Of a stretch of 64,000 nucleotides of DNA, positions 1 to 10,437 are shown one piece after another (the first letter of the stretch is position 1; each line of letters begins with the position of its first letter). Origin of the DNA: Alphaproteobacteria bacterium (GTDB lineage Bacteria; Pseudomonadota; Alphaproteobacteria; UBA828); contig CBDCQT010000010.1 in NCBI GenBank assembly GCA_965220745.1, positions 192,001-256,000 on the forward strand. Reading direction: 5' to 3'. The notes under the pieces are model-generated. The model had not been told where the DNA came from. It ran no database searches and was given only the letters and a program-made list of their open reading frames with translations. The position numbers were made by a program, and so were the translations under genes.

Positions 1-830
1 TGACCTTCGACGCGACCATGCTGGGCGCGCTCAAGGTCTACGCCCGCGCCAACCAGGGCCTGCTGATCACCCCGTTCATCCTGGCGGGCGCGATGGCGCC
101 GGTCTCGGTCGCGGGCACCATGGCGCAGACGCTGGCGGAAGCCATGGCCGGCATCGCGCTCGCCCAGCTCTGCCGGCCGGGAGCGCCGGTGATCTTCGGC
201 AGCTTCCTCAGCTCCATGTCGATGCAGAGCGGCGCGCCGACCTTCGGCACGCCGGAGGCAACGCTCGCGATCTTCGGCCTCGCTGCGCTGGCGCGGCGGC
301 TGGGCGTCCCCTTCCGCAGCGGCGGCGCGCTCACCGCCTCGAAGCTGCCGGATGCGCAAGCGGCTTACGAAAGTGCGAACACACTGCTGCCGACCGTGCT
401 CGCCGGCACCAACTTCGTGCTCCACGGCGCGGGCTGGCTCGAAGGCGGGCTCGCCAGCGGCTACGAGAAGTTCGTCATGGATGCGGACCAGCTCGGCATG
501 ATGCAGGTGCTGGCGAACGGCTACGACCTCTCTGCCAACGGCCAGGCGCTGGATGCGATCCGGGAGGTCGGGCCCGGCAGCCACTTCCTCGGCTGCGCTC
601 ACACCCAGACGAACTTCGAGACCGCCTTCTACCGCTCCCCTGTCGCCGACAATTCGAGCTTCGAGCAGTGGCAGTCCGACGGCTCCAAGGACACGACACA
701 GCGGGCGCACGGCCTGTTCAAGTCGATGCTGGCCGCCTATGAAGCGCCGCCCATCGACCCCGGCGTGGACGAGGCGCTCAAGGAGTTCATCGCGAAGAAA
801 AAGGCCTCTATGCCCGACGCCTTCGCCTAA
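1..830 (+). CDS. Trimethylamine methyltransferase (MttB superfamily), non-pyrrolysine type; 5'-truncated by the window edge
   Basis: Motifs TPFILAGAMAPVS, GAPTFGTPE, RSGGALTASKLPDAQA, LHGAGWLEGGL and VGPGSHFL; no in-frame amber in the visible part. Confidence 0.93.
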   Translation, partial: TFDATMLGALKVYARANQGLLITPFILAGAMAPVSVAGTMAQTLAEAMAGIALAQLCRPGAPVIFGSFLSSMSMQSGAPTFGTPEATLAIFGLAALARRLGVPFRSGGALTASKLPDAQAAYESANTLLPTVLAGTNFVLHGAGWLEGGLASGYEKFVMDADQLGMMQVLANGYDLSANGQALDAIREVGPGSHFLGCAHTQTNFETAFYRSPVADNSSFEQWQSDGSKDTTQRAHGLFKSMLAAYEAPPIDPGVDEALKEFIAKKKASMPDAFA

Positions 831-834
831 GCCC

Positions 835-2838
835 TTACCGCTTGCGGCGGCCAGTGCGGCGGCGGCCGGTGGGTGCCGGCGCTTGCTTCGCGGTGGGCAG
901 GGTGACGGCTTGCGGCAGGTGGACGTAGTCCGCGGTGCCGTGGGGGATCGCCATGGCGTCCACGAAGTGGCGCTGAAACGCGGGCTCGACGGCGGTCTCC
1001 ACCTTCTCGATCCCGCGCACCACGGTCTCGATCTCCGCGCGCGCCGCGCAATCGAGCAGCGCGATCAGCGCGCCCGTGCCGGCGGCGTTGCCTGCGGCGG
1101 AGACCTTCTCCAGCGGGCAGTCGGGGATCATACCGAGCACCATGGCATAGAGCGGGTCGATGTGGCTGCCGAAGGCGCCGGTGAGCACGATGCGGTCCAC
1201 GCGCGCGATCTCGAAGCGATCCATCAGCAGCCGGGCGCCGGCCATGAGCGCCGCCTTGGCAAGCTGAATGGCGCGCACGTCGTTCTGATGGATGGCGATC
1301 GCAGGCTCGCCCGGATGGAGCAGGTAGCGGAAGGTGCGCGCGTCTTCGACGATGCGCTCGGTCGTGGCGCGCGCGGCGCCGGCGATGGTGCCGTCGGCCA
1401 GCAGGATGCCGGCAAGATACATCTCGGCCAGCGCCTCGATGATGCCGGAGCCGCAGATGCCGGTGACGCCGGTAGCGGCGGTGGCTTCCGCGAAGCCCTC
1501 CTCGTCCGACCAGAGGTCGCAGCCGATGACCTTGACCTTGGCCTCCAGGGTTTCGCGGTCGATGCGCACGCGCTCGATCGCGCCGGGGGCCGCACGCTGG
1601 CCGGCCTCGATCTGCGCGCCCTCGAACGCGGGCCCCGTGGGCGAGGAGGCGGCCAGCAACCGCTCTCTGTTGCCGAGAATGATCTCCGCATTGGTGCCGA
1701 CATCGACGATCAACACCGTCTCGTCGGCCCGGTGCGGCGCCTCGGAGAGCACGACGCCCGCCGCATCGGCGCCGACATGGCCCGCAATGCAGGGCAGGAC
1801 GTAGACGCGCGCGCCCGGATTGATGTCGAGGTCGATGCCGGCCGCCGCCAGGGTCAGACCGCCGGAGGCCGCGAGCGCGAAGGGCGCGCCGCCCAGCTCG
1901 GTCGGATCGATGCCGAGCAGCAGGTGGTGCATGATCGGGTTGCCGACGAAGGCCGCGTTCAGAATGTCGCTGCGCTCGACGCCCGCTTGCTCCGCCACCT
2001 CGCCGATCAGCGCGTTCACCGCGCCGCGCACGGCCTCGGTCAGCTCGGCCTCGCCGCCGGTATTCATCATGACGTAGGAGACCCGGCTCATCAGGTCCTC
2101 GCCGAAGCGGATCTGCGGGTTCATGCGCCCGGCCGACGCCGCGACGCTGCCGCTCGATATGTCGGCCAGATGACAGGCGATGGTGGTGGAGCCGATGTCG
2201 AAGGCCGCGCCATAGGCGCGTTCGTGGAAGCCGGGCCAGACCGCGACGATACGCGCGGCCCGGTGGACCGCGACCGTCGCCGACCATTCGCCGTCGCGGA
2301 GCGCGCGCTGCAGGCCCTGCAGGACGTGCAGGTCGGCGGTGAGGTTGTCCAGGCCCCACTGCTCGCAGAGCGCGTCGGTCAGGCGCTCGAAATCGCTGCG
2401 CGGATTGTGCATGTCGGGCTCGGCGACCTCGACGTAGTGCAGCCGGATCGCGGGATCGATGGTGTAGTCCCGCGCCTCGGCGCGCTTGCGCACGACCTGC
2501 TTGTGGACCTGGCTCTCGGGCGGCACGTCGATGACGACATCGCCCCGGATGTGGGCCGAGCAGCCCAGCCGGCGCCCGTCCGCGAGGCCGCGCCGGGTGG
2601 CGTAGCGGGCCTCCTTCTCGCCCGGTGGGCTCAGGTGATCGGGCGCGCTCTCGATCCCGAATTTGGCGAAGTGGCCGGAGCCGGCCTCGACCTGGCAGCG
2701 GCCACAGAGGCCCCGGCCCCCGCATACCGAATCGAGATCGACGCCGATGGCGCGCGCAGCGTCGAGGACCGACGTGCCGTGGGCGAAGCGCCCGCGCTTG
2801 CCGGAGGGCGTGAAGACGACGAACGCGGACTCGGTCAT
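835..2838 (-). CDS. ASKHA/DUF4445 corrinoid reductive activator (RamA/RACo-like) with N-terminal 2Fe-2S domain
   Basis: CGGRGLCGRC...RLGC ferredoxin motif; DIGSTT, DVGTNAEI, GPAFEG, GICGSG, GAFGS and GNAAG ASKHA motifs. Confidence 0.93.
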   Translation of the reverse strand: MTESAFVVFTPSGKRGRFAHGTSVLDAARAIGVDLDSVCGGRGLCGRCQVEAGSGHFAKFGIESAPDHLSPPGEKEARYATRRGLADGRRLGCSAHIRGDVVIDVPPESQVHKQVVRKRAEARDYTIDPAIRLHYVEVAEPDMHNPRSDFERLTDALCEQWGLDNLTADLHVLQGLQRALRDGEWSATVAVHRAARIVAVWPGFHERAYGAAFDIGSTTIACHLADISSGSVAASAGRMNPQIRFGEDLMSRVSYVMMNTGGEAELTEAVRGAVNALIGEVAEQAGVERSDILNAAFVGNPIMHHLLLGIDPTELGGAPFALAASGGLTLAAAGIDLDINPGARVYVLPCIAGHVGADAAGVVLSEAPHRADETVLIVDVGTNAEIILGNRERLLAASSPTGPAFEGAQIEAGQRAAPGAIERVRIDRETLEAKVKVIGCDLWSDEEGFAEATAATGVTGICGSGIIEALAEMYLAGILLADGTIAGAARATTERIVEDARTFRYLLHPGEPAIAIHQNDVRAIQLAKAALMAGARLLMDRFEIARVDRIVLTGAFGSHIDPLYAMVLGMIPDCPLEKVSAAGNAAGTGALIALLDCAARAEIETVVRGIEKVETAVEPAFQRHFVDAMAIPHGTADYVHLPQAVTLPTAKQAPAPTGRRRTGRRKR

Positions 2839-2842
2839 GCCG

Positions 2843-3769
2843 TCACGCGCTGACGGCGGCGCCCTCCCGCCGGCGCCGGCGCCCCTCGCGCCGACCGCGC
2901 CGGCCCTCGCCGCCGTTCGCGCCCGCCGGCTCGCGGAAGCGGCCGAGCCAGCGCGCGCAGTCGGGGTCGTTGCCGTTCATCATGTCTGCGGCCATGACCG
3001 CGGCGATCTCGGCCTCGTGCAGCGGGTTCATGATCGCGGAGGTCAACCCGGAGCGCGCGGCCATGCTGAGGAAGGCCGCGTTCACGCTCGGCCGGTTGGG
3101 CAGGCCGAAGCCGATATTCGACGCGCCGCAGGTGGAATTCACGCCGAGCTCCTCCTTGAGCCGGCGCATGATCGCGAAGGCCTGAACGCCCGCCTTGTTG
3201 ATGGCGCCGATGGGCATGACCAGCGGGTCCACCACCACGTCCTCCTTGGGGATGCCGTGGTCCATGGCACGCTCGACGATCATCTTGGCGATGGCAAAGC
3301 GCTCGTCCGGGTCTTCGGAGATGCCGCTCTCGTCGTTGGAGATGGCGACGACGGCGCAGCCGTATTTCTTCACCAGCGGCAGCACCGATTCCAGCCGCTC
3401 CTCCTCGCCTGTGACCGAGTTGAGCAGCGGCTTGCCCTGGTAGACCTTCAGCCCCGCTTCCAGCGCTGCCACGATGGAGCTGTCGATGGAGAGCGGCACG
3501 TCCACCAGCGACTGCACCAGCCGGATGCACTCGGCGAGGATCTTGGGCTCGTCGGCGAGCGGCACGCCGGCGTTCACGTCCAGCATGTGCGCACCGGCGG
3601 CGACCTGGGCCAGCGCGTCCCTCTCCACCCGCGAATAGTCGCCCGCCGCCATCTCCGCCATCAGCAGCTTGCGGCCGGTCGGGTTGATCCGCTCGCCGAT
3701 GATGCAGAAGGGCTCGTCGAAGCCGATCGCGACTTCCCTGGTGGCGGAACTGACGACGGTGCGTGTCAT
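2843..3769 (-). CDS. Methyltetrahydrofolate:corrinoid methyltransferase (stand-alone pterin-binding MetH-like domain)
   Basis: IIGERINPTGRK, LDVNAG, LSIDSS, GASNIGFGLP; ATG at 3769 overlaps the upstream stop. Confidence 0.92.
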   Translation of the reverse strand: MTRTVVSSATREVAIGFDEPFCIIGERINPTGRKLLMAEMAAGDYSRVERDALAQVAAGAHMLDVNAGVPLADEPKILAECIRLVQSLVDVPLSIDSSIVAALEAGLKVYQGKPLLNSVTGEEERLESVLPLVKKYGCAVVAISNDESGISEDPDERFAIAKMIVERAMDHGIPKEDVVVDPLVMPIGAINKAGVQAFAIMRRLKEELGVNSTCGASNIGFGLPNRPSVNAAFLSMAARSGLTSAIMNPLHEAEIAAVMAADMMNGNDPDCARWLGRFREPAGANGGEGRRGRREGRRRRREGAAVSA

Positions 3770-4440
3770 GGCGCTCCTGCTTCCTCGCCGGCGGTAGCGG
3801 CTGCTTCCATGAAGCCCGCGAGCTCGCCGTAGCCGACATGGCGATGGACGTAGCCGAGCCCCAGCCGCTCGGCCGCCACGCGGGCCTTGGCCTCCAGCGC
3901 CTCGTCGCGGACCTGGGAGATGTAGACGCAGTTGGTGTAGTTGCCGAAGTAGTCGTCGCGCAGCTCGGGCCAGCGGTCCAGCCCCAGGCCTTCGATAATC
4001 AGGCGATCGAAGTGGCGCACCATGTAGTCGGTCAGGAAGAACTGGGTGGGGTCGTCGTCGGTGATGGCGGCGAACGCCTCCTGGCCGGTGTAGAAGGCGT
4101 AACAATGCGGCCCGTCGATGCGCTCCACACCTTCCTCCTCGATCACCTTGTCGAGCAGGCCGCCGGTGCCGCAATCGCCGTAGGCGACGAAGATGGCGCG
4201 GTAGTCGGCCTTGTTGGCCTGGATCTTGGTGCGCACCGCGTCGGGGATCAGGTGCGGGCGGTTGTGCAGCTTGGCGGGCAGGCAGGTGATGTCGAGATGA
4301 TCGAAACCGTTGGCCGCGCGGAAATCCACGATCTCGCGGGCGAGCGCGCCGCAGGCAATGACCAGCGCTCGGGCAGGCCCTGCGGACGCGAAGGCGGCTT
4401 CCTCGTCGACCGAGAGGTCGGTGTGCTCAGGCGTCGCCAT
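3766..4440 (-). CDS. DUF1638 family protein (corrinoid reactivation-associated)
   Basis: VIACGALAREI, LPAKLHNRP, YGDCGTGG, GPHCY, FFLTD motifs; start placed at the ATG at 4440. Confidence 0.88.
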   Translation of the reverse strand: MATPEHTDLSVDEEAAFASAGPARALVIACGALAREIVDFRAANGFDHLDITCLPAKLHNRPHLIPDAVRTKIQANKADYRAIFVAYGDCGTGGLLDKVIEEEGVERIDGPHCYAFYTGQEAFAAITDDDPTQFFLTDYMVRHFDRLIIEGLGLDRWPELRDDYFGNYTNCVYISQVRDEALEAKARVAAERLGLGYVHRHVGYGELAGFMEAAATAGEEAGAP

Positions 4441-4469
4441 CACGGCAATCTTGAGAGTGTGCGCCGCCC

Positions 4470-5180
<711 letters not shown>

Positions 5181-5317
5181 GGCCACTTTCCTGATCCGGG
5201 CGTCGACGGCGCCGGGCCGTTGCTCGTTGGCACCGCACGCCCGCGTTGCAGGAGTGCGGCGCGGCACTTCATCCCGGTTTCTCTTCAATCACATGGGGGC
5301 GGGCAGTCTGTCCCAGA

Positions 5318-5345
5318 CGCGACATTGGTTTGCCGGCCCGCGACA
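5318..5345 (-). promoter_or_regulatory. Putative AraC/GlxA-type operator (TGTCGCG direct repeat, 21-bp period)
   Basis: CGCGACA at 5318-5324 and 5339-5345, upstream of the corrinoid operon and next to a GlxA-family gene. Confidence 0.4.
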
Positions 5346-5388
5346 AAGCCCTAATTCGCCTGACCGCGTCGCCCTGGCGCGGCGCCGG

Positions 5389-6405
5389 TTACAGGGACGC
5401 CGGCTCCGGCAATTCGGCGTCGACCGCGCGGAAGGGAGGCGAGCCGCTGGTCAGCCGCTTGGTGTCGCGCGGTGCGTGCCCGAAGTGCAGGCGGTAGGAC
5501 TTCGAGAAGTGCGATGCGGAGACGAAGCCGGTGGCCAGCGCCACGTTCGTCACCGACATGCAGGTCTGCTGCAGCAGGGCACGCGCGCGGTTGAGCCGCA
5601 TTTCGAGGTAATAGCGGCTGGGCGTGCAGTTCAGGTACTTGAGGAACAGCCGCTCGAGCTGGCGGGTCGAGAGGCCGATTTCCCGCGCAAGCTCGGTCTG
5701 GCTAAGCGGCGCCTCGATGTTCTCGGACATCACGTTAATGGTGGCGAGCAGCTTGGGCTGGCTCACCGCGAGGCGAAGGCGCAACGCCATCCGCTGGTGG
5801 TCGTCCTCGCCCCTGATCCGCTCGCACACCAGCCCTTCCGAGACCGCCGCGGCCAGCTCGTAGCCGTGGTCGCGGTTGATGAAGCTCAGCATCATGTCGG
5901 AGGCCGCCATGCCGCCCGCGCAGGTGTAACGGTTGCGGTCGATGACGAAGATGTCCTCGCTGACCTCCACGCTGGGAAAATCCTCGATGAAGCCCGGCAA
6001 GTTCTCCCAATGGATGGTGCAGCGATAGCCGTCGAGAAGCCCGAGGCGCGCGAGAACGTGGCTGCCCGTGCAGAGCGCGCCGATGTTGGTGCCCCGCCGC
6101 TCGATCTGGCGCAGCCAGATCGCGAGGCGCGAGTCCTCGAACAGGTGGGTATCGATCCCGCCGCAGACGAAGACCGTTGAAAGCCGTTCGGCGGCGTCTC
6201 CGATCGACAGGTCCGCAGCAACACTGAGTCCAGCGGATGACGCCACAGCCTCCCCGTCCGCGGAGACGGTGTGCCACTCGTAGAGCGTCTGGCCGCTGAC
6301 GTAGTTCGCGAGCCGGAGCGACTCGATCGCGCTGGACAGCGCGCCGAGCGAGAATTTCGGGACCATCAGGAAGCCGAACTGGCTCCCAGGGTCGGTGGTC
6401 CTCAT
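5389..6405 (-). CDS. GlxA/GbdR-like AraC family regulator (DJ-1-like domain + AraC HTH)
   Basis: GALCTGS, CTIHWEN, TCAGG, LSTRQLERLF and GFVSASHFSKSY motifs. Confidence 0.93.
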   Translation of the reverse strand: MRTTDPGSQFGFLMVPKFSLGALSSAIESLRLANYVSGQTLYEWHTVSADGEAVASSAGLSVAADLSIGDAAERLSTVFVCGGIDTHLFEDSRLAIWLRQIERRGTNIGALCTGSHVLARLGLLDGYRCTIHWENLPGFIEDFPSVEVSEDIFVIDRNRYTCAGGMAASDMMLSFINRDHGYELAAAVSEGLVCERIRGEDDHQRMALRLRLAVSQPKLLATINVMSENIEAPLSQTELAREIGLSTRQLERLFLKYLNCTPSRYYLEMRLNRARALLQQTCMSVTNVALATGFVSASHFSKSYRLHFGHAPRDTKRLTSGSPPFRAVDAELPEPASL

Positions 6406-6667
6406 GGCATCGACGCCGGTCGGGCGCCTCCCTGGCCGATCTGGTCATGCACGCACTGCGTACTATTCCAATTACGACATCGCCCGGCGGATGGAGCAAC
6501 AAGTTTCTGATGCCGAGGCGGAATCGGCCGGGTCGCCATCGCAGGCACCCTCGCCCATAATCCGCGCCGCCATGGCCCCGCCCTCGTACCGTCCTCACTC
6601 ACCCGGCCGCCAGCACGCGCGCGGACGGCTGCCCTGCATGATCGCATGACATCGTGACAGCGGGTCG

Positions 6668-7537
6668 ATGTTAGAGAGCGCGGCCGCCTGGGGCGCGGGC
6701 TGCGCGCTCGCTTGGGGCCTCTCGGACGTCATCGCGCGTTTCGCCGGCCGCTCGGTGGGCGTCCTCGTCGCGACCTGCACGATGATGACGATCGGCGCCG
6801 CGCTGATTGCGGCCATCATGGCGGCGTCGGGCGTGCCCTTCGACTGGCGCCTCGACGGCATCCACTGGCTCTTCGGCATCGGCGCTGGCACCGTGATCGG
6901 CTCGCTCCTGTTCTATCACGCCATCACCCACGGTCCGGTGTCGCTCGCCTCGCCGGTGGTGGCCTGCTACCCGGCGATCGCGGTGCCCATTTCAGTCGCC
7001 CTCGGTGCCCGTCCCGACCCGCTCCATTGGGGCGCGATGGTGGCCACCATGGCGGGGGTCTGGCTGGTGGCGCGGGCAATGCCTGCCGAAGGCTCCGCAC
7101 CGGAATACGCGCCCGCCGTGGTCAGACGGACCATCCTCTGCTCGCTGGGTGCGGCGGCGACCTTTGCCGCCTCGCTCACCGCCGCCGACCGGGCCATCGA
7201 CATCTACGGCCCCTGGCAGACCGTGCTGGTGGTTCGCCTCATCGGCTTCGTGGCGCTCGCGACGATCGTGCTCGCCCGCCGCGAGCGTGTCCGCTTCCCG
7301 GCACGGGCCTGGCCAATTCTGTTGGCCTTCGGGGTCCTCGATACCATGGGCCATTTGCTGCTCTACACCGGCCTCGGCCTCCCCAACGGCGAATACGCGA
7401 TCGTGGCGAGCGTGGGCTACACGGTGGTGACGGTGGTGCTGGCGCGTATCTTCCTGCGCGAGCCGGTCTCGCCGCTGCAATGGGGTGGCGTCGCGATGGT
7501 GGTGGGCGGTGTCGGGGTCCTCGCCGCGTTCGGGTAG
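6668..7537 (+). CDS. DMT/EamA family transporter
   Basis: About 10 hydrophobic segments in two EamA-like repeats; GPVSLASPV and FLREPV motifs. Confidence 0.88.
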   Translation: MLESAAAWGAGCALAWGLSDVIARFAGRSVGVLVATCTMMTIGAALIAAIMAASGVPFDWRLDGIHWLFGIGAGTVIGSLLFYHAITHGPVSLASPVVACYPAIAVPISVALGARPDPLHWGAMVATMAGVWLVARAMPAEGSAPEYAPAVVRRTILCSLGAAATFAASLTAADRAIDIYGPWQTVLVVRLIGFVALATIVLARRERVRFPARAWPILLAFGVLDTMGHLLLYTGLGLPNGEYAIVASVGYTVVTVVLARIFLREPVSPLQWGGVAMVVGGVGVLAAFG

Positions 7538-7680
7538 AGCACTATCCGGCGCCAGATTGCACGTCAGAGGACCATCCGTCGTCCCCTGGCGGGCGTGCTA
7601 TTCCGTGCCAAGAAGACTCACCGGCAATCGATGCGTCCCAGATGGGTTAGGGTAGGCGATGGGTCAGACTGGAGGGCACG

Positions 7681-8310
7681 GTGATGAACCAAAAGGATGC
7701 GCTACCCGTTGTCCGGGACGAGGTCGTGGCACCGGGCGCGCCGTGGTCGGCCCGCCTACGGCGGGACCAGGTGTTGCGCATCGTCGACCTGGAGGGCGAA
7801 CAGGGCGTCGATTTCCTGTGCTACGACGCGGCTGACCCGAGCGAACGCTACTACGCGCCGAACACGATCAAGAAGAGCGGCACTCTTCGCCTGACCACGG
7901 GCCATGCGCTCTACTCGGACCGGGGACGAGCGCTCTTCACGATCGTGGCCGACACCTGCGGCCATCACGATACCATCGCCGGCTGCTGCAGCGCCCCCAG
8001 CAACGCCATGCTCTACGGCGTGGAAGACGCGCCGGGATGCCGCGAGAACTTCCTGACCGCCCTGGCGGAACACGGCCTGGGGTGGACGGACATCGTGCCC
8101 AACGTGAACTTCTTCTGCGCTGTGCCGATCCATGAAGAAGGCCGTCTGGCAGAGCGGACCTTCGTCGACGGCCCGTCCAAGCCCGGCGATCACGTCGACT
8201 TGCGGGCCGAGCGCGACGTCCTCGCGATCGTCTCCAACTGCCCTCAAGTCAACAACCCGGCCGCAGGGGGCCGCCCGTCCCCGATCCGGATACAGATTCT
8301 CGGCGGCTAG
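7681..8310 (+). CDS. DUF1989 / urea-carboxylase-associated family protein
   Basis: LRIVDLEGEQGVD, DTCGHHDTIAGCC, GCRENF, NFF and SNCPQVNNP motifs. Confidence 0.88.
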   Translation: MMNQKDALPVVRDEVVAPGAPWSARLRRDQVLRIVDLEGEQGVDFLCYDAADPSERYYAPNTIKKSGTLRLTTGHALYSDRGRALFTIVADTCGHHDTIAGCCSAPSNAMLYGVEDAPGCRENFLTALAEHGLGWTDIVPNVNFFCAVPIHEEGRLAERTFVDGPSKPGDHVDLRAERDVLAIVSNCPQVNNPAAGGRPSPIRIQILGG

Positions 8311-8315
8311 CTCGC

Positions 8316-9113
8316 TCAGGTCTGCCCGAGCGCGTCGCGCAGGAAGGCACAGAGCGGCGTGTTGACCGCCTGCGGCGCTTCGGCAAGCGCCATGTGCCTG
8401 AGACTGGGCAGGATCGCGAGACGGGCGCCGGGGATCGACCCGGCCATGGCCCGCGCCATAGCGGGCGTGTTGCCGGGGTCGTCCTCGCCGGTCATCACCA
8501 GGGTGGGACACGCGATCTGCTCCAGCCCCTGGACCAACTCGGCGTCGCCCTCGGTCAGCACCCGGTAGATCTGCGGATAGACGGCGGGATCGTTGCCTGT
8601 GATCCAGGCGCGGACGAGCGTGATGGTCTCCGGCGCCTCGGCGCGGAACGCCGGAGTGAACCAGCGCTCGAGCGCGGGCTCCACGTTGGCGGATGGCCCC
8701 TGCGCCTCGGTCTGGTGGACGCGCGCGCGGACCGCCTCGCGCTCTGCCGGGCTGCGATCGTGTGGGGAGTTCAGGATCGCGAGCGCCGAGACCCGGTCCC
8801 CATGATCCAGCGCGACGCGGCGCGCGATCATGCCGCCGAGCGAGAACCCCACGATTGCCGCCCGCTCGATGCCGCAGCGATCCATGAGACCGAGCAGCTG
8901 CCGAGAGAACATGGCGAGACCGGGCGTGCCGTGCGGCGACGCACTCTCGCCGTGCCCGAGTAGATCGTAGGTCAGCACGCTGAAATGCGGCGTGAGCGCC
9001 GGCAGCGTCCACTGCCACATCGCGCGGTTGAGCCCGAAGCCGTGGATCAGCACGACGGGCGGGCCGCTGCCGTGCCGCTCCCAGGCGGTCTCGCCCGAAT
9101 CAGGCGCGCTCAT
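8316..9113 (-). CDS. Alpha/beta hydrolase (PcaD-like)
   Basis: LIHGFG, YDLLGHGES, GFSLGG nucleophile elbow, C-terminal His (LRHM). Confidence 0.9.
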   Translation of the reverse strand: MSAPDSGETAWERHGSGPPVVLIHGFGLNRAMWQWTLPALTPHFSVLTYDLLGHGESASPHGTPGLAMFSRQLLGLMDRCGIERAAIVGFSLGGMIARRVALDHGDRVSALAILNSPHDRSPAEREAVRARVHQTEAQGPSANVEPALERWFTPAFRAEAPETITLVRAWITGNDPAVYPQIYRVLTEGDAELVQGLEQIACPTLVMTGEDDPGNTPAMARAMAGSIPGARLAILPSLRHMALAEAPQAVNTPLCAFLRDALGQT

Positions 9114-9150
9114 CGGCGGCTGCCGTTCACCGCCGAGACCGCGAGCGAAC

Positions 9151-10188
9151 TCACGCGAAGGCCGGCATCACCTCGTCGATGAAGAGCCGCATGGAGCGCT
9201 TCTGCTCCTTCATCCCGAGGCCGAGGCTCGCGTAGTAGGTGAACTGGTCGACGCCGAGCGCCTCGTAGACCCTGAGTTTTTGGATCACCTCGTCGGGCGT
9301 GCCGAACATCAGGTTGTCGTGGAGCATGCGCGGGTCGTACTCGCCCCGGTTCTCCAGCTCCGAGAGGGGGATGGTGCGCGGAAAGCCGTTGGCGACGTCG
9401 CCCAGGTTCTTGAACAGGTTCTCGAACTGGCCGAACTGGCGGATCGCAGCCCTCACCGGCACCTCCCAGTCCTCCTTGCGGTTGTACACCACCGTGTGGC
9501 GCATGGTGGCGAAGATCGGCCGTCGCTTGCCGGGGTTGTCGGCGAGGGCTGACTCCATGCGCCCCCTGTAGGCCTCGACCTCCGACATCGGGCGGGTGAG
9601 CGGCCAGGAGAGAATATTGCATTCGTGTTTCACGGCGAAGTCGTAGGTGTCCGGCGAGCGCGCGGCGATCCAGATCGGCGGATGGGGCTTCTGCAGCGGT
9701 TTCGGCACCGAGGTCGCGGCCGGGAAAGACCAGAACTCGCCCTCGTGCGCGTGGTCGCCCTGCCAGAGCGCCTTCACCATAGGCAGCATCTCGAACATGT
9801 ACTGGAATGCGTCGTTGCGCTGCAGGCCGGGGTGCATGCGGTCGAACTCGCGCTGGTAGGCGCCGGAGCCGATGCCGAACTCGAGCCGCCCGCCGCTGTA
9901 GAGATCCAGTAGCGCGGCCTCGCCCGCCGCCTTGATGGGATGCCAGTACGCCGCCACCACCACCGCCGAGCCGAGCCGGATGCGGCTCGTATGCGCCGCC
10001 CACCAGGTGAGGATCTGGAAGGGGTTGGGCGCGATGGTCATCTCCAGCGCGTGGTGCTCGGCGGCCCAGGCGATGGCGAACCCGCCCTCGTCCGCCATCT
10101 GCACCATCTCCAGCGTGTGGCGCTCGACATCAGTCATGTCGAGGTCGGGCACGAGCCGCTCCATGTTGATGGCGAGCTGGAATTTCAT
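9151..10188 (-). CDS. LLM-class (luciferase-like) flavin-dependent oxidoreductase
   Basis: WAAEHH, IRLGSAV, SGGRLEFGIGSG, PKPLQKPHPPIWIA and GTPDEV motifs. Confidence 0.93.
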   Translation of the reverse strand: MKFQLAINMERLVPDLDMTDVERHTLEMVQMADEGGFAIAWAAEHHALEMTIAPNPFQILTWWAAHTSRIRLGSAVVVAAYWHPIKAAGEAALLDLYSGGRLEFGIGSGAYQREFDRMHPGLQRNDAFQYMFEMLPMVKALWQGDHAHEGEFWSFPAATSVPKPLQKPHPPIWIAARSPDTYDFAVKHECNILSWPLTRPMSEVEAYRGRMESALADNPGKRRPIFATMRHTVVYNRKEDWEVPVRAAIRQFGQFENLFKNLGDVANGFPRTIPLSELENRGEYDPRMLHDNLMFGTPDEVIQKLRVYEALGVDQFTYYASLGLGMKEQKRSMRLFIDEVMPAFA

Positions 10189-10334
10189 TCTGCAGGGCCT
10201 CCCGAATGGGTTGCGACATGTGCCGCTCCGGGATGGATAGCGGACCCGCGCGAATTATTCATCAAGCTTCTGGCTTGAGGGTCGCCGGGGCGCGCAATCG
10301 GCGGGGCTTCACCCTTTCCCCGCCCGCCCGCGCC

Positions 10335-10400
10335 GATAATAATAATGAGTTGCATTTGCTGATTCGGCGGCTACACTGCCCGAAATGAGAGTTATTCGCA
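10335..10400 (+). promoter_or_regulatory. Two Fur-box-like sites
   Basis: A/T-rich GATAATAATAATGAGTTGCATTTGC (10335-10359) and AATGAGAGTTATTCGCA (10384-10400) in otherwise GC-rich DNA; resemble Fur-type operators. Confidence 0.6.
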
Positions 10401-10437
10401 GACCGAGACGACACACGGCGGACCGGCGAGGACAGGG

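Noticed and set aside
1-830. Pyrrolysine-containing MttB
   Set aside because: No in-frame TAG in the visible part, and the expected position encodes a standard residue
553-2853. Long antisense or alternate-frame ORFs (e.g. 553..2853, 13711..15159, 17131..18963, 30426..32294, 35546..37072)
   Set aside because: Shadow ORFs of well-supported genes in high-GC DNA; no family motifs
5181-5388. Cobalamin riboswitch upstream of the corrinoid genes
   Set aside because: No B12-box or conserved core recognised
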